A stretch of 64,000 nucleotides of DNA from Eremomyces bilateralis CBS 781.70 (taxonomy: Eukaryota): assembly GCA_010015585.1 (NCBI GenBank), contig ML975150.1, one strand, 5' to 3'. The notes under the pieces are model-generated. The model saw only the letters and a program-made list of their open reading frames with translations. It searched no databases and had not been told where the DNA came from. How positions within the stretch are numbered: the first letter of the stretch is position 1; every line of letters begins with the position of its first letter. Positions 37,863-51,100 of the stretch are shown here, one piece after another. The translations under genes and the position numbers were made by a program.

Positions 37863-37870
37863 AAAGCTCC
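37863..37870 (-). promoter_or_regulatory. Candidate Rpn4-type proteasome regulon site GGAGCT(TT)
   Basis: AAAGCTCC lies about 165 bp upstream of the RPN3 ATG, with a variant AAAGCTCG at 37831-37838. From memory, GGAGCT is the motif described upstream of proteasome genes in filamentous ascomycetes. The motif is short, so a chance match is possible. Confidence 0.4.
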
Positions 37871-38032
37871 GCAAGAGTGCAAGACCACAACTTCTTTATG
37901 CTTCAAACCAGCATTAGAGCCGCAACACTGGGAAACTACAGATACATCTTCACACCTTGAACGTTTCAATCTCAGGATAAACCCCTCCGACGTCCCTTAT
38001 TCCTCTCTCTCGATACCTACTGATAAGATACG

Positions 38033-39753
38033 ATGGTTGAATCTATGGAAGGCGTCGTTGGTGACGCAGCTCAGGTCAACGGTGTCGTCGGTGATGAGAA
38101 GACCGTAGCAGGTACGCGCTTACAGCATCCCATACTCTCTTTCAAGCTGGGAACTGTCGATAAATATGACCAGGCCGAAGGTCTCCAGCACAGCCAACGC
38201 GATCGCCAGCTATGATTCTGTTGGAGGCTTCGTTGCTAACTGGAGAAAACCACAGACATCCGATCCAACTTCGCCCTTCTCGAACGAGCCGTGGCACAGT
38301 TTGACACTCGATTTACCCTCAGAGCACTACGATCGATATCGTCGATCCGGAAGAAGCTGTCGCCGAAAATCCTAGCCCAAGTCGTTGCCGTCACGTACCA
38401 CCCAGAGGATCCCACGGCGCAGACCTTATTCCAGGCCTGCACGGCGTCGGAAGAGGATGTACGGAGTATCATATCCCAGGCTCAGAAGAAGATCACAGCC
38501 GAAACTGGGGGAAAGGGACCGAAGGAAGCGATCCCAGAGGTTGATGTGTACATTGCGATCCTCACTCAGGTAAAGTTCTTCCCGAGATCTTCCAGATGCA
38601 TGATCTTCTAATGTCGCCTCAGGTCTTTCTGTACGACAACAAACATTACCTCGTCGGAGCGAAGTTCTCGGGAAGCTTGGTCGACCGAATCCGAGAACTC
38701 AACCGGCGTACTCTGGATTCCCTTGCTACCAAAGCCTACTTCTACTTGAGCATGTTCTTCGAGGAGCTCGACCCCAAGCCTCCCTCCTCGCAGTCGCCGT
38801 TAATACAAATCCGCGGCAATCTGCTTGCAGCATTAAGAAGCGCCGTTCTCCGAAAGGACCAGGAAACCCAGGCAGCCGTGATTGTTCTGCTCCTGCGGAA
38901 CTACATCCTCACCGCGGACATCAATCAAGCCGATGCGTTGGTTCAACAGACCAGTTTCCCCCCCAATGCCCCGAACAACCAAGTCGCACGATATCTGTAC
39001 TACCTTGGGCGGATACGCGCTATCCAACTCTCTTACACCGAAGCACATGACCACCTTGTCGGCGCCACCCGCAAGGCACCGACAAGCTCCGTCGCCGTCG
39101 GCTTCTACCAGGCGAGCATGAAGTTCCTCATCGTCGTCGAACTCCTCATGGGCGACATCCCGGAACGATCCTACTTCAGCCAGACCAAACTCGAGCGCAC
39201 CCTGGAGCCGTATTTCCAACTCGTCAAGGCTGTCCGCGGCGGCGAAATGCAGGGGTTCCAGCGCGTCGTGCAGATGTACGCCCCGACCTTCCACAAAGAC
39301 GGGACCTACACGCTGGTGCTCCGCCTGCGGCAGAACGTCATCCGCACTGGCATCCGCATGCTGTCGCTCTCCTACAGCCGCATCTCGCTGCGCGACATCT
39401 GCATGCGGCTCGGTCTCGAAAGCGAGGAGTCGGCGGAATATATCGTGGCCAAAGCCATTCGGGATGGCGTCATCGAGGCGACCATCAACCATGAGAAAGC
39501 GTACATGCAGACCAAGCAAGCCGGCGACATCTATGCGACGAGAGAACCGGCCGAGGCGTTCCATGAGCGAATCAAGGCGTGCTTGGCCCTCCATGACGAG
39601 AGCGTGAAGGCGATGCGCTTCCCGATGAACCAGCATCGGAAGGAGCTGAAGAATGCGCAGGAGGCGAGGGAGCGCGAGAGGGAGCTGGCGAAGGAAATCC
39701 AGGAAGGGGACATCGATGAAGATGATGCTGCGGGGGATTTTGATGGGCTTTGA
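38033..39753 (+). CDS. RPN3: 26S proteasome lid subunit RPN3
   Basis: Motifs NFALLERAVAQFDTRFTLRALRSI, NRRTLDSLA, NNQVARYLYYLGRIRAIQL, LVLRLRQNVIRTGIRMLSLSYSRISL and AEYIVAKAIRDGVIEA. Introns 38112-38255 and 38570-38622. Confidence 0.97.
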
Positions 39754-39976
39754 AACATCGCTACATTCCATGCTGTGCAGATCAAGAGCACGTATAGACA
39801 AGGGATCCCTTGGATCCATGCATTCAATTGGCGTTCGGCGACTATCTTGCTGTTCGTGGTATAATAGCGCTACTTGTAATCCCCTGAAATATGACAACGG
39901 TTATGATACTCCGGCGCTTGTTGATGACACAATAGCGCTCCTGCTGTAGAATTAGACGAGCGATATACCGTACACT

Positions 39977-41553
39977 TCATTTAAATGCCGGTGGCGCTCC
40001 TGCTCGATCCAGAACCGCGCTGACATCCCATTCAAACTCGGTGAGCGCGTTCAACTCCGAGCTCACAAATAGACCACCCTGAATGCCATCGAGAACACCA
40101 GCGGCCAGACCCAGGGTGCTCACAAGCATGAGTATGAACGAGACAAAGTTCCGCGGCGAAAACCAAACAGAGACAAGGCACCCGATCGCTATGAAAAACT
40201 GCGCAACGAGGTGTCCGAGCCGTAGTCTTCGTTGCTGTTGCTGTCGTGAGCGCCACCTGGTGATGTGGGAGAGGATGGACGAGTAGTCCGATACGGATAG
40301 GTATTTAGGGGTGTCACCTTGGGGAGGTGATGTTGACTTGTCGGGCAAGGAATGCGAAGATGTGTCACTGCCGTCGGCCGAATGTGACTGGCGTGATGAC
40401 TGAGCTTCATTGTTTGCAGCCCTCACAAGAGTTACTTCCACGGAAAAGTGATCGCTCAAGCTACAATTGAGCGTCGGATGGGTTGCAGTCATACCCACTT
40501 TCGCGGATCCCACCGTCCACCCCTGAACCCCTGGAGAGTGTTTTGCGACAGAGCTCTTTGCTCCATCCGCGTAGAACACATAATCCAGCCTCTTTGCTCG
40601 CGGATCGGGCGTCTCGTCGGGAATAATCACGGCGTTCTTCTTCAGCTGCTTTCTCACCGGCTTGCTCCATCGCCAGGTATTATACCCTGAGTCACAGGTC
40701 ATCCCCAAGTCCTCGATCGCGGCACGGACAGTCGGGATATGATGGCCTGGACGCCGAAGCTCCAAGTCTGCTGCCGGTTCGATCGAACTGGTCCGCTCCC
40801 TGGGTGGGTCGATGTCGACGATTATCGAAGAGCCTTCGGGTTCTTCGGCGGCGGATTGGGGATGGAGCTGCAGCCACGCATCTTTCATTCTGCCATGGCG
40901 TTCGATGATTTTATGGGGCATGCTGAGCGGGCGGGAATTGAAGTCCCCGAGGCCGAGCACGAGAGAAACCGAGGAATCTGAGACGGCGGATCGGAGCTGT
41001 TTGGCAAGTTGCCACGCCTGTGAGAGGCGGTGTGTCCAATACACATCCTTAGGTGGAGGGTGATATGGTGCGTGGAGCTAGGGATAGACCGTCAGCGAGA
41101 GAATCCAAAGCTCACCGTGGATCATCTCACATGTGTATTGAAGACCTCAACCACCTCCTCGTCGCCGTCTTCGTCCGCAGGTATCCGAATTCGTGTCTGA
41201 GAAAAGCCCTTCCCAACGTACCAGTCCCCTCGATAGAAGGCCCATGGAAGCCCATTCAAGGCATAGCCCGTCATGCTGCTCTCTTCGATAGGCCATTTGC
41301 TGAGTATTGCGAGCCCTCCACCGAACACTCCGCTATGGTAGTATTTCGAGTATGGCAAAATGTCCCGCGTCTCTTCCTGTACTGCTTGGAGGTCCGCAGA
41401 CGAGAAGCATTCTTGAAGACCCACGATGTTCGGCGCAGGATCGGACCGGGCCAGTTGGCGGCCGATCTCGCGGATCCTTTCGGTGTGATGTGTAGAAATC
41501 CATTTAATACCCCAGACATTGAGGCTCACGACGTGAAGCTCATGCGGAGCCAT
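39977..41553 (-). CDS. ISC1: Inositol phosphosphingolipid phospholipase C (neutral sphingomyelinase family)
   Basis: EEP-fold motifs SLNVWGIKWIS, VGLQECF, GDWYVGKG, FNTH|LHAPY (intron 41078-41130), GDFNS, KRLDYVF and SDHFSV, plus two C-terminal TM helices. Confidence 0.92.
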
Positions 41554-42116
41554 TGTGGATTGATGTCTCGGCTTCCGTTAGGGTCAATGCATACCGGCCC
41601 GGAGGAGTTGAACTGGGGACAAGGTCGAACGGTCTATGGGTGAGTATCCAGATCTCGTTTGGTCCCTTTTGAGTAGTATAGGTAGGCAATGTTAAGGAGA
41701 GTCGCAGGAGAGATGGAACACTCAGGGACAGGTTGTTTGGTCGCAATTGCAGTTGTGAAATGCGGCAGAGGAAGAATCCAATCGTCGGAGGACCTTGGCA
41801 GATTGACACTCTCATTAGCTACAATCAATGCTAACGCGACTCCACCATCAAACCTTCCATTAATAGCTGGAAACACCCAATTGGAAAAATAATGCTCTGA
41901 AGTCTGAATTGGTTTGGAGCATCGGGACCAGATCATCAGATCGCCGCGCAGTACGTGTACGAGTCATGATCGACTACAACGGCGCAAAGTCTGACTCGTG
42001 AGAATTTATTGGATCCCTTGACTACGACCGCCGCAGCGCTGCAGTGTTGGATGCGATCAATCTACTTGCGAGCTGATACCTGAACTACCAAGAATCGAAT
42101 CTCGAATCTGCTAGCG

Positions 42117-43751
42117 ATGGCGCCTCGTACCCGTCGAGCTAGAGGAGCGCGACAGGAAAGTCCTGAAGAAGTCGCGTCGCCAGAAGCTCCTCCGACCGCA
42201 TTGGAGACCGCAGAGTTACCAGACCGGACTCAGGACGGAATCGAAACGGTTGAAAATGAGAAGGACGAGGGTAATCAAAAGGAGGCTGGGCCAGAGAGCT
42301 CAGAATCACCCACGCGATCAGATAATGATCAAGTAGCTGGTCAACATCGATCTCCCTCACCAAAACCAGGACATTCTCCGATATACACTACACATCCTCA
42401 ATCATCATCCCCTCCAGAACGCTCACCTCTCCGCTCTTCTCCTTCTCCGTCGCAACAGCTCCGTGCGCAATCTTCCTCTAGAACTCCGCGAAAATCACGA
42501 TCCCGCTCACCCGTACATCTTGAACCTCATGCCGAACCGCAATTCCAATCTCCCGAACGTCCAAAACGACTACACTATCGGCATGTCGCCGATCTTCCTC
42601 CCTCTTCTCACCCATTCTCTACCGTCAAAATATCACCCTCCGGTCGCCTACTCGCTGCGGGCAGCTCGAATGGATCGATCTTCATACACAATGCGTCGAC
42701 GCTCGCGCTGGAACATGTCCTGGAAGGGCATTTGGCCGGGGTATCTGTGATCGCCTGGTCTTCGGACGGCAATATCTTGGCTTCCGGAAGTGATGATAAA
42801 AGCATAAGACTCTGGAATACGGTCACTGGCAAACCTTTCCGAGTACCTTTGGTGGGACACGATAATTACGTGGTGTCGGTCGCGTGGACTCCGAAGGGCA
42901 ATATCCTCGTCAGCGGGAGCTTCGATGAGGCCGTTTTCTTATGGGATGTGAGAGGAAGAAGGATCATGAAGAGCTTACCAGCGCATTCCGATCCGGTGTA
43001 TGGTGTGGATGTCGCGCGGGACGGGACATTGATCTGCAGCTGCAGTAGTGACGGCCTGATGTGAGTTGAATCAACATTCCCTGCGAGACGTATTGACAAC
43101 AAGCTAATAAAACGATTTGTTAGACGCATCTGGGACACGGCAACAGGCCAATGTCTGCGTACCCTGGTCCATGAAGACAATGCTTCAGTGACCTCCGCCC
43201 GCTTCTCGCCGAATGGAAAATTTGTCCTTGCTTGGACTTTGGATTCCAGCATTCGGCTCTGGGACTATGGGGAGCGCCGTCGTTGTCTGAAAACATACCA
43301 AGGACACAAAAACGAGAAATTCAGCTTAACGGGATCTTTCGGGGTGTATGGTTCTCGACCCCCTGACGCTGCGAAAAGTCCAGCGGAGATGAATGGCTAT
43401 TCCGACAACGAGAAGGGTCAAAAAATCGATGGCGAGGGAGTGTCTCGTTCGAGATATATTCATCCGTTTGCATTCATTGTCTCTGGGAGCGAAGATGGCT
43501 CGATCTTCTTTTGGGACGTTGGAAGTAAAGAGGTATTACAGTGTTTGGATGGCCATAGCGGACCGGTGCTGGGAGTCGACGCACATCCGACGGAACCAAT
43601 GGTCGTGTCTTGCGGAATGGATGGTAGGGTGAAAATCTGGAGGGATGATGGAGCTTCGGAGAGCAGCAATGCAGGTTCAGGCGCTGAAAACGATGTCCAT
43701 ATGGAAGATGCTACTGACGGTGTGGATCAAGAAATCAAATTGGAGTCATGA
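42117..43751 (+). CDS. SWD3: WD40-repeat protein, COMPASS subunit SWD3/WDR5-like
   Basis: WD repeats GHLAGVS..ASGSDDKSIRLWN, SGSFDEAVFLWDVR..SLPAHSDPV, DGLI|RIWDTATGQCLRTLV (intron 43061-43123) and CLKTYQGHKNEKF. The N-terminus is S/P/R-rich and disordered. Confidence 0.88.
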
Positions 43752-44001
43752 ACTTGCGTGACACTAGACGAAGGATCCAATGTTTCTCCTACAAGCTATG
43801 TCCCTACGTGTCATACAGTCCTTGGTGATTGTTCCCTAGTCCCTTTCCAATGCATTGAATCTGTGCCCCTATCCCGTTTGGTTTCAACCTCTGTTCCCTC
43901 CTATATCGCCATTGTTCCCCTCCAAGTTCGAGGCGGAAACAGTATGTTGCGCACATATTTCATGGACACCGTCTAGTCCATCACATTCCACATCCACCTC
44001 C

Positions 44002-45003
44002 TCAAATCGGGGTTATCACTGCCCATACAGGAGGGGAAACGATTTGACCACGCTGGTTCGGCTTGCCTCGCTTACCAGTCCATCCATACCAAGCGATCGG
44101 ATTCCTCGCTTTGGTGTCATCGAACGCGATTTGCAAACCAGCTCGCCAGAAGCCGCCTCCCCTCTCAATCAGCTCGGTGATCTTATGGTCCTTGCCCTTT
44201 CCGTTGTATTTCATCACGCGCTCGACGGGCCACTCGATGTCGTATTCTTTGACATCAAATGTTAGCTCGTGTGGCCCACCTTCCCAAGGTATGACATCGC
44301 TGGTAGTGCAGAGGTGGATTTGGACAGTCTCCTCTATCGCTCGGCTCGGTCGATCGGCAGTGCCGACTGTCAGAGGAGAGGGGTAGTAGAAGGACGAGTG
44401 AGGGAAACCGGGAGGAGGGAATGCGGGAGGGTATCCGGGAGGAGGGTATCCAAGAGGGGGATATGCGGGAGGGGGATATGCGGGAGGGGAGTATGCGGGA
44501 GGATACGGAGGCTGACTAAAGCTATAAGGGGGTGGTGCAGGAGGGTATGCACCTGGCATCCAGTACGGATGTGGTGGAGGGTAAGCCATCCTGACAACAC
44601 GTGGGGCAGGGTGAAAGTGAGGCTCGAAGTGTCCGTAGCCAAATTGCTGGTGCCAGGCGTTGGAGGGCAATTCCATGTAGCGGATGTTGTAAAGACGAAA
44701 ATCTGCCAATGATCGTAGGCGTCTTCGCTCCCTTGAGAAGATGGTCGGCAGAAGAGACTGGTTATTGCTGAGGACGTACGCCTTCATCATAGCAGCTGGA
44801 CAGGCTATATACCCAGCCATGCTGCCGGTCACTGAGCTTGATGATGACTCTCTCGGTGACGGCGATATCTGCATCATTGGAGCCAGCATGATCACTGGTA
44901 CTGCGTAATGACCGTCATCGGGGATGTGAAGACGTATTCGGCATTGTAACGGATAGACTTGACGATGCGGCCGCCCATCAACTGGGCGAAGAACCATTTG
45001 CAC
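44002..45003 (-). CDS. Hypothetical proline-rich protein with PPxY repeats and a small globular C-terminal domain
   Basis: 333-aa ORF with a P/Y-rich middle and a protein-like C-terminus (ITELIERGGGFWRAG..YGWTGKRGKP..PPVW). The true start is uncertain (ATG at 44997 or 44676). Confidence 0.55.
   Translation of the reverse strand: MQMVLRPVDGRPHRQVYPLQCRIRLHIPDDGHYAVPVIMLAPMMQISPSPRESSSSSVTGSMAGYIACPAAMMKAYVLSNNQSLLPTIFSRERRRLRSLADFRLYNIRYMELPSNAWHQQFGYGHFEPHFHPAPRVVRMAYPPPHPYWMPGAYPPAPPPYSFSQPPYPPAYSPPAYPPPAYPPLGYPPPGYPPAFPPPGFPHSSFYYPSPLTVGTADRPSRAIEETVQIHLCTTSDVIPWEGGPHELTFDVKEYDIEWPVERVMKYNGKGKDHKITELIERGGGFWRAGLQIAFDDTKARNPIAWYGWTGKRGKPNQRGQIVSPPVWAVITPI
44455..44502. repeat. 15-bp tandem repeat (about 3 copies) encoding PPAY(P/S)
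   Basis: GGATATGCGGGAGGG x2 plus GAGTATGCGGGAGG on the + strand, with degenerate copies on either side. Confidence 0.75.
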
Positions 45004-45153
45004 GCAATAGTATGACGAATTCTGTCACCAAGAGTTAGAAATTAACCAAGTGCTCGGCCCTCATGGCGTTATGTGTCCAACAGCTCTTTCATTTTTGGTG
45101 AATAGGACAGCTCAGGTATCGTACAACAGTGCCATGGTGCGGATAGAAAGGGT

Positions 45154-48120
45154 TTATCCCCCAGCAACAACGGCAAGTCCCTCATAAATCTTCCTCCGAA
45201 TATCATAGAATGTTGCCATGTTCCGTTGTCGGACGTTGGGCGCGGTGATATTGCTTTCAATCTCAACCCTGCCGGTACCGCTTTTTCTAACAGCGATGGA
45301 GCCGTTGATAAGCAGAGTACCCTCTCCACGGAATTCCGCAAGGTATCCGGAACTTTGCATAAGCTTTCTCAAATCTGCCAGGCGCAAATCGCCCACATGT
45401 AGAGGAGCAGCCACTGCACGAGTGGCGGAAGCAAGGTTTGAAGGGAGCACACCCAGTATGGGCGTGGCACTGACTGCAGCTTTGTCGTCGGAGTCAGCAG
45501 TTTCGTCTTCCTTCACTGATTGACTCAGGTCTGCGGGATCCAAGACCACCTGACCGGCCTCCAAACGACCAGTAACGGCAACCACCCCCAACCCTCTAAC
45601 GTTCTGCCATTGAAGGCGCTTGACTAAGGGCTGGCTGAGCTTCACTATCCACGCGTTGGTATCGACGCTTGCATCCACGGTGTCACCAATGACAGGGGTG
45701 AAAACGATCGTTTGACTTTCGGTGCTGTCGCCATTTTCCGAGCCAAGCAGTTTCCGACAGTCCTTAGCAAGTGTCTGAGTCTCCTGCTCCTCACCACCAA
45801 CGAGAATGAGTTTGCGTGGGCGAATCAGCGGTATGAGCATGTGCAAGCTGCGCTTATCATGACGGCCGGCGAAGTCCACGAACGCGACACTTGCATGAAA
45901 GCGAATCTCCTCCTGGCTAATGACCGCTTTCCGTGGCCCTTCTGGAACGGCAGGTTCATCTTCGTCGGGTGAGTAGTCACTCTCAGACTCGTCGAAGTCG
46001 CGATCCTCCGTCGACCCTTTTGCGTGTTCGGAAATCCCGTTCGTTTTCCTCCTCTTGGAACGTGCATCATCCTGCCCAGCACGAGTCATGCCGTTCGCGC
46101 TGATTTTCGAGTCGCCCCATTTCCGCTTCTGGCCGACTGTTGTTTGCTGCTTTTGATCCTTTGCAGTCGCGTTTTCTTCTTCAAGCTGGTCTCTCTCTTC
46201 AGCACGAAGGTAGTCCTCGGGTCGAATCAGATCGCCAAAATCGTCGTTGCGTCGTCGTTTTGCCACGAAGGGGAATATCTTTTCACGGCCTCTTTTTCCG
46301 CGGACATCATAGTCATAGACACCTTTCTTGCGCAACAGTACGTTGATGCCCAGTTCAGCATCACTTAGCCCTAGTCGATGCCGGGCATGCGAGAGTGTGG
46401 CAGCTGCATTGAGAGCTTTGCCTTGATGTTCAACGTCTGAGTCCTCTGAGGATTCCGTTGTGGTCGAAGAGCGGTCGTCGACAGCATCAGCAGCACTCTC
46501 CATCGGTGCACCGGCGTCAGTTTGTACCGTGTTCTGAAGCTGTTTCTGCCGTGCGAGATACTGCTGGTAGAGCATCATGTCGTTAGGTCCGAGGGATTCG
46601 ACCTTGACTCGTTTGGTTTGAAATTGTTCGCCGCTAAGGTGAACCACCTCCGCAGTGTCTATGCCAGTCTCTGCTTTGGAATTGAACTTCGAGCGCTCTA
46701 GGTATAGATCCCAGAGCAGTCTTCCAAGGCCTCTCTCTGTTGAGGAGCATTCTGCAGCACGCTCGACCAGAAGAACTAAGCTCGTACTATTTTGAGCAAT
46801 TTGGGAAACGACCTCTTTCGAAAAGCCCCATTCGAGCGAAGAGTCGCTTGCAAGGATAACTTTACCTCCCTCCTTAGAGAGCGCCTTGATCAAACGGGAT
46901 TTATGCTCCACGAGCCTCAGATGTGTAAAGTCGAATGGCTGCGTATAGCTCTTTCGCGACTTTTTGCCGGTTATTGGGTCTTCGACTTGATCCTTTCCAT
47001 TGCTCACGTCATGAGCAGCATTCGCCATCTCGAATTCTCGAATCATGTCCTCATCCATCCACTCGAGCATGCTCTTTGCATGCCTGACAGCTGCACTGCA
47101 TGTTGAGCTCGCCAAATAAAGGCCTGACTTTCTTAATGATCTGCCATCGGGGCTGTCAGGGTCTGCTTTCCACGCTTTCTCCAGGACAACGGCAAGCTCT
47201 AAGATGCGAGCACTTGACTCGCATGGGATGAGAACGGTCCCGTCCTGATCAAGTGTACGTCGGACCAGGTCAAGGAGGGCGTCATCTCGTTTCTTGCGCC
47301 CTCCGGTGATAGCAACTCTCTCCGCACCCCTGCTACTGCATATGAGGGCCGTAGGACGACGAAGGTGCTCGATCACCTCGGCCCCTCCAGTACCCTGACC
47401 TCCCAGCCATGCAGCGCCAGATACGACGTGCTCTCGTGCCTGATTCCAGTCCACAGCATAGACAATCGACTCTAGCCCATGCTGAATGTGCCAAATAGTT
47501 CCCCCAAGTGTATAACCGGCACTGTAAGCGGTGATCGTGAGCCCATTTAGCGGCGGGGAGAATGGTGAGGGTATCGGTTGGTGGGGTTGTGAGTAGTTTA
47601 AGGGGTGAATATGTGAGAAATATCCAGCGATCTCGTCGGCTGTCGGCGGTTGAAGAAGCAAGTTTGGCTGTTCATTCGCCTTGAAAACAGGCAGTGTGTA
47701 TACGCTTTCGTCCAAGGTTGCCTTCGGGATTATTGAAGATGCGAGTGGTGCCGTTCCGTAGGTATCTTGGAGCAGCGTCTTTCCAAGGGAGACGACTGGG
47801 GTTGTGGCATAAACCGGGATTTTCGCGAACAAAGGAACGTTTTTGCAGAAGTGGGCGAAGGCTCCGAGATGAGCTTTGGTAGCATGAGTGAGCAATATTA
47901 TTGACAAGGTTGGAATATGCCTATCACCGAGATATTAGCTACAGCTGATTTGGTATCATCGTCTCGTGGCTTACCTCTCGAGAGCCTTAAGCTGCTCCAC
48001 ATCGAATCCATCATCCCAACCAACGTCAATAAGTATCTTAATGCCTCCATCGAGTTCGAGAATGGACTGAGATGCTGCACACGATGATTGCGCGCCAAGG
48101 AGAGGCGTGAAGGTGAACAT
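45154..48120 (-). CDS. CFT2: Cleavage and polyadenylation factor subunit CFT2 / CPSF100
   Basis: MFTFTPLLGAQS..QSILELDGGIKILIDVGWD, intron 47921-47974, then ILLTHAT..HLGAF, WHIQHGLESIVYAVDWNQARE and LHVGDLRLADLRK (inactive MBL/beta-CASP fold). Confidence 0.95.
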
Positions 48121-51100
48121 GGCGCGCCTGACCTTGATCCCCTATCAAGAAGGCCAAATCGAATGGTCACCTCTTCATTATCACCTTACGAAGGATCTGC
48201 CTCACCACCAGCGATGAGCTATGTTCACGAGCGCGTAGTTGCAGGGTGATACGTGACTCTCGCCCTCTCCAGATGTTGACGCGACTAGTGCAGTTGGCTC
48301 TGATGTGCAATGCGTGAAACCTAGGTGCATATATGGCAGCTGTCGTGCGCCAAACCAGTTTCAGCACGTGATGCTCCTCGAATTTCTACAGTCTACTTTC
48401 CGGCACCGAAATGCAATGTCTAGTTAATAAATTCAGCTAACACTGCCTATCATAATATTTGAATGTCAACATTATTGCCCCCTGGATGCCGTACCTGTCC
48501 AGACCTAAGCAAGTTATGATAGCCTCAAATCTAGCCTCACGATGGCAGTGTTTCTATACCAGTTCTCTTCTCTTATACGGATGGAGACTCATGGAGGTGA
48601 TGATACCTGCAGATTTCTGTCGATGGATGCATGATTGCAATCATACCGACTGCAAGGTCCGCGCCAGAGTGGCAGACTGTCGTCCGATTGAGCATTGCCA
48701 CTGATATCATGCTTGCCTCGCCTTCTTTCCTTGATTATATTCATTTTAAGTCAATTTATGTGCCATCATTTGCTTTAGGAGCTCTTGAGAGTTGTTCACC
48801 TTCCTCGGCTTTTTGCAAGCAAGTTCAGACCAGCTGTTTGTCGGCAGGAATACACAGAGTCAAGCATGACCCTACAAGAATTCATTGTCTTCTTCGCCAG
48901 GGAAAACGTCAAGGAGCAACAAGCACCCTTCTCCAAGGTCAGCGTAAGACCACTCCATATCTATGAGTGTCCACGCCTTGCTTCCAAAATGGCATCAAAG
49001 ATTGGGTTCTAATGTTCTAGCAGCCAAGGAGTTTGAAAATTGAACACATCCATTACTCACCTAGCGGCTCAATTATGCATGACACGTTGGCGCGCTGTAT
49101 GTCATCTTAGTGCTTCTTATTTCGGAGCTCGGTTCCTGGAGTCTGGAGAAGAGAACGATTTTCGGACTGCGATGGAAAAATTGCCTTTGAGAATTTGGGA
49201 TGCCATTATTGATCATCTCTTTACATACCTTACTGCATACGAGGATCCTCTGAGAGCTGGTCCGGGACGTATGCCCGCTGGAGCTTCCTAGCGGATAATC
49301 ACCACTTTCAGCTCCGAAAATTCGTTCATCTAGGTCCTGGAGAGTGGAGGTGATGCTGCCATGTTGATAGTCAGGCAGTTCTACTCTCTCGAAGATCAAA
49401 ACTATTGCGCTTCCTCTATTCCTTCTGAGAGGAGCAGCGTATGTCGACGTACTTGTGCTCAAGACTCTACCATTGGAAATATAAGTTTGGGCCTTTCGTG
49501 AAGTTATTCAGGTCAATAGCGTTTTTCCATTGCCTTTTTGGCTTTATTCCCCCTTCGGCCGCCAACTTCTGCAACTAAATTAGGGTAGGTACTTAGTTGC
49601 TACATAGTACAAGCGAACGAGCGTCAACCAATTGCCAGTAGTTTGCTACGACGGAGAGGACGAGTTCTGGTTGGCTTGGGTCCTCAACTTCGTTCATACT
49701 TCACCCTAATGTACCCCATGGTGTACTACCATGCAGCGTTGGAGGACGGCGCTAATGCAGCTGAGAACCTGACGAAGATCAGATATGCCCGCTCCGTTGC
49801 TTGTGAGGTGAGGTGAGAGGTCCCTGGAAATCTGCAGTATCTTAAGGTGTTCCAGCCATCACATCGGCATGCAACGAGGCCACCATCTTTCTCTTGTAAA
49901 CATGGTACGAGTAACGAGATCCTCCCCTTTAACTTCATGATGGAAGCAAGCACGACAGATGCCACTACTACTTAGATATCTAGTTCACGGTTAGATCGCG
50001 GGCGCCAAGATGGATTCCGTCATTCCTGTTATTGCGGAGCCATGCTCGGGATGATCATCGGTATTTTCACTATTTACGGAATACATATTTAGTATCCGTA
50101 ATCGGCCCTTCTCTTAGGTTTGTAGGATCCCCACTTTTATCACCGAACTCAATTACTGATGGCTATGGGTGCAGGGTGATGGACTGGCGGCAAGGGCACA
50201 ATGAGGGGCCAAAGGGCCGAGGAACATGAACCTCGTCTCGCTAGCAGTTCTTGGCCCCTTGCAACTGGAGTTCGTCAGTTATATCTGAGATCTGAACAAG
50301 AGGAGGAAACCCCTGGACTTGACCGCAGACAGACATCGGAGAGCCGCCACGAGCCCACGACAACTAATGCTAACTCGATGTGAGGCCGTGAGCGGTTGGT
50401 TCAGCACAATCCGCTCCCAGCCTCCCAAGTCTCTTGGCAAGGGGCGATCGATTGCCGTTCGGATAACAGCATAGGTATTCGAGCTCCTTGCAGCACATCG
50501 GTACAATGGACGAACTGTTTTGGGTCGGCAATCTTGCAAAATTCCATGCCCAACCTTGCACCAATTCGTTCGCTTGAGCGGAAAAAAGTCGTCGCCAGAA
50601 GTCTCAAGTCGTAACATGTCTTCCAAGTCGGTGAGCCAGATACAGGCTGGCGGAAGCTCCTCCGTTGCAATCGTAGCACGGCAGCGGTCAACATATTCCA
50701 CCCGGTACGTTGGACAGCTAGTTGAATTATCTGCATCTTGCGTCTTCGGTCAGATTTGTCAAGGAACCCCTTGCAGTCAAAAGTCGTCTTAATGTCCCTC
50801 TCCGTTCAATAAATCTGGGCATGAGATTTGCATCTGTTAACTGTTTCGAAACTGGGTTATATGGACTCCCATGCTAATTGCTAAGTCCTTTTGCGGAGTA
50901 GTTGGTCCCGACAGAACGGTACCGCTACGAGCTCTCTTCCTGGACCGAAGCTTTGGCGACTCGCTCGCCTAGAGCAATACGTCAATGCGTTCCTTTGCTC
51001 GCCTGATCTTTCCGCCCTAATGTTGCGGCGAAGTCTACTTTCCTAACAGGCACATTCAAGCGATCAACCATCATTTGATCATTGATGGGAATCAACCATC

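Noticed and set aside
38833..39897. 354-aa antisense ORF over RPN3 (similar long antisense ORFs overlie SAM2, MPE1 and the PL4 gene)
   Set aside because: These are shadow ORFs expected from the sense-strand codon bias (few TTA/CTA/TCA codons); no recognisable motifs.
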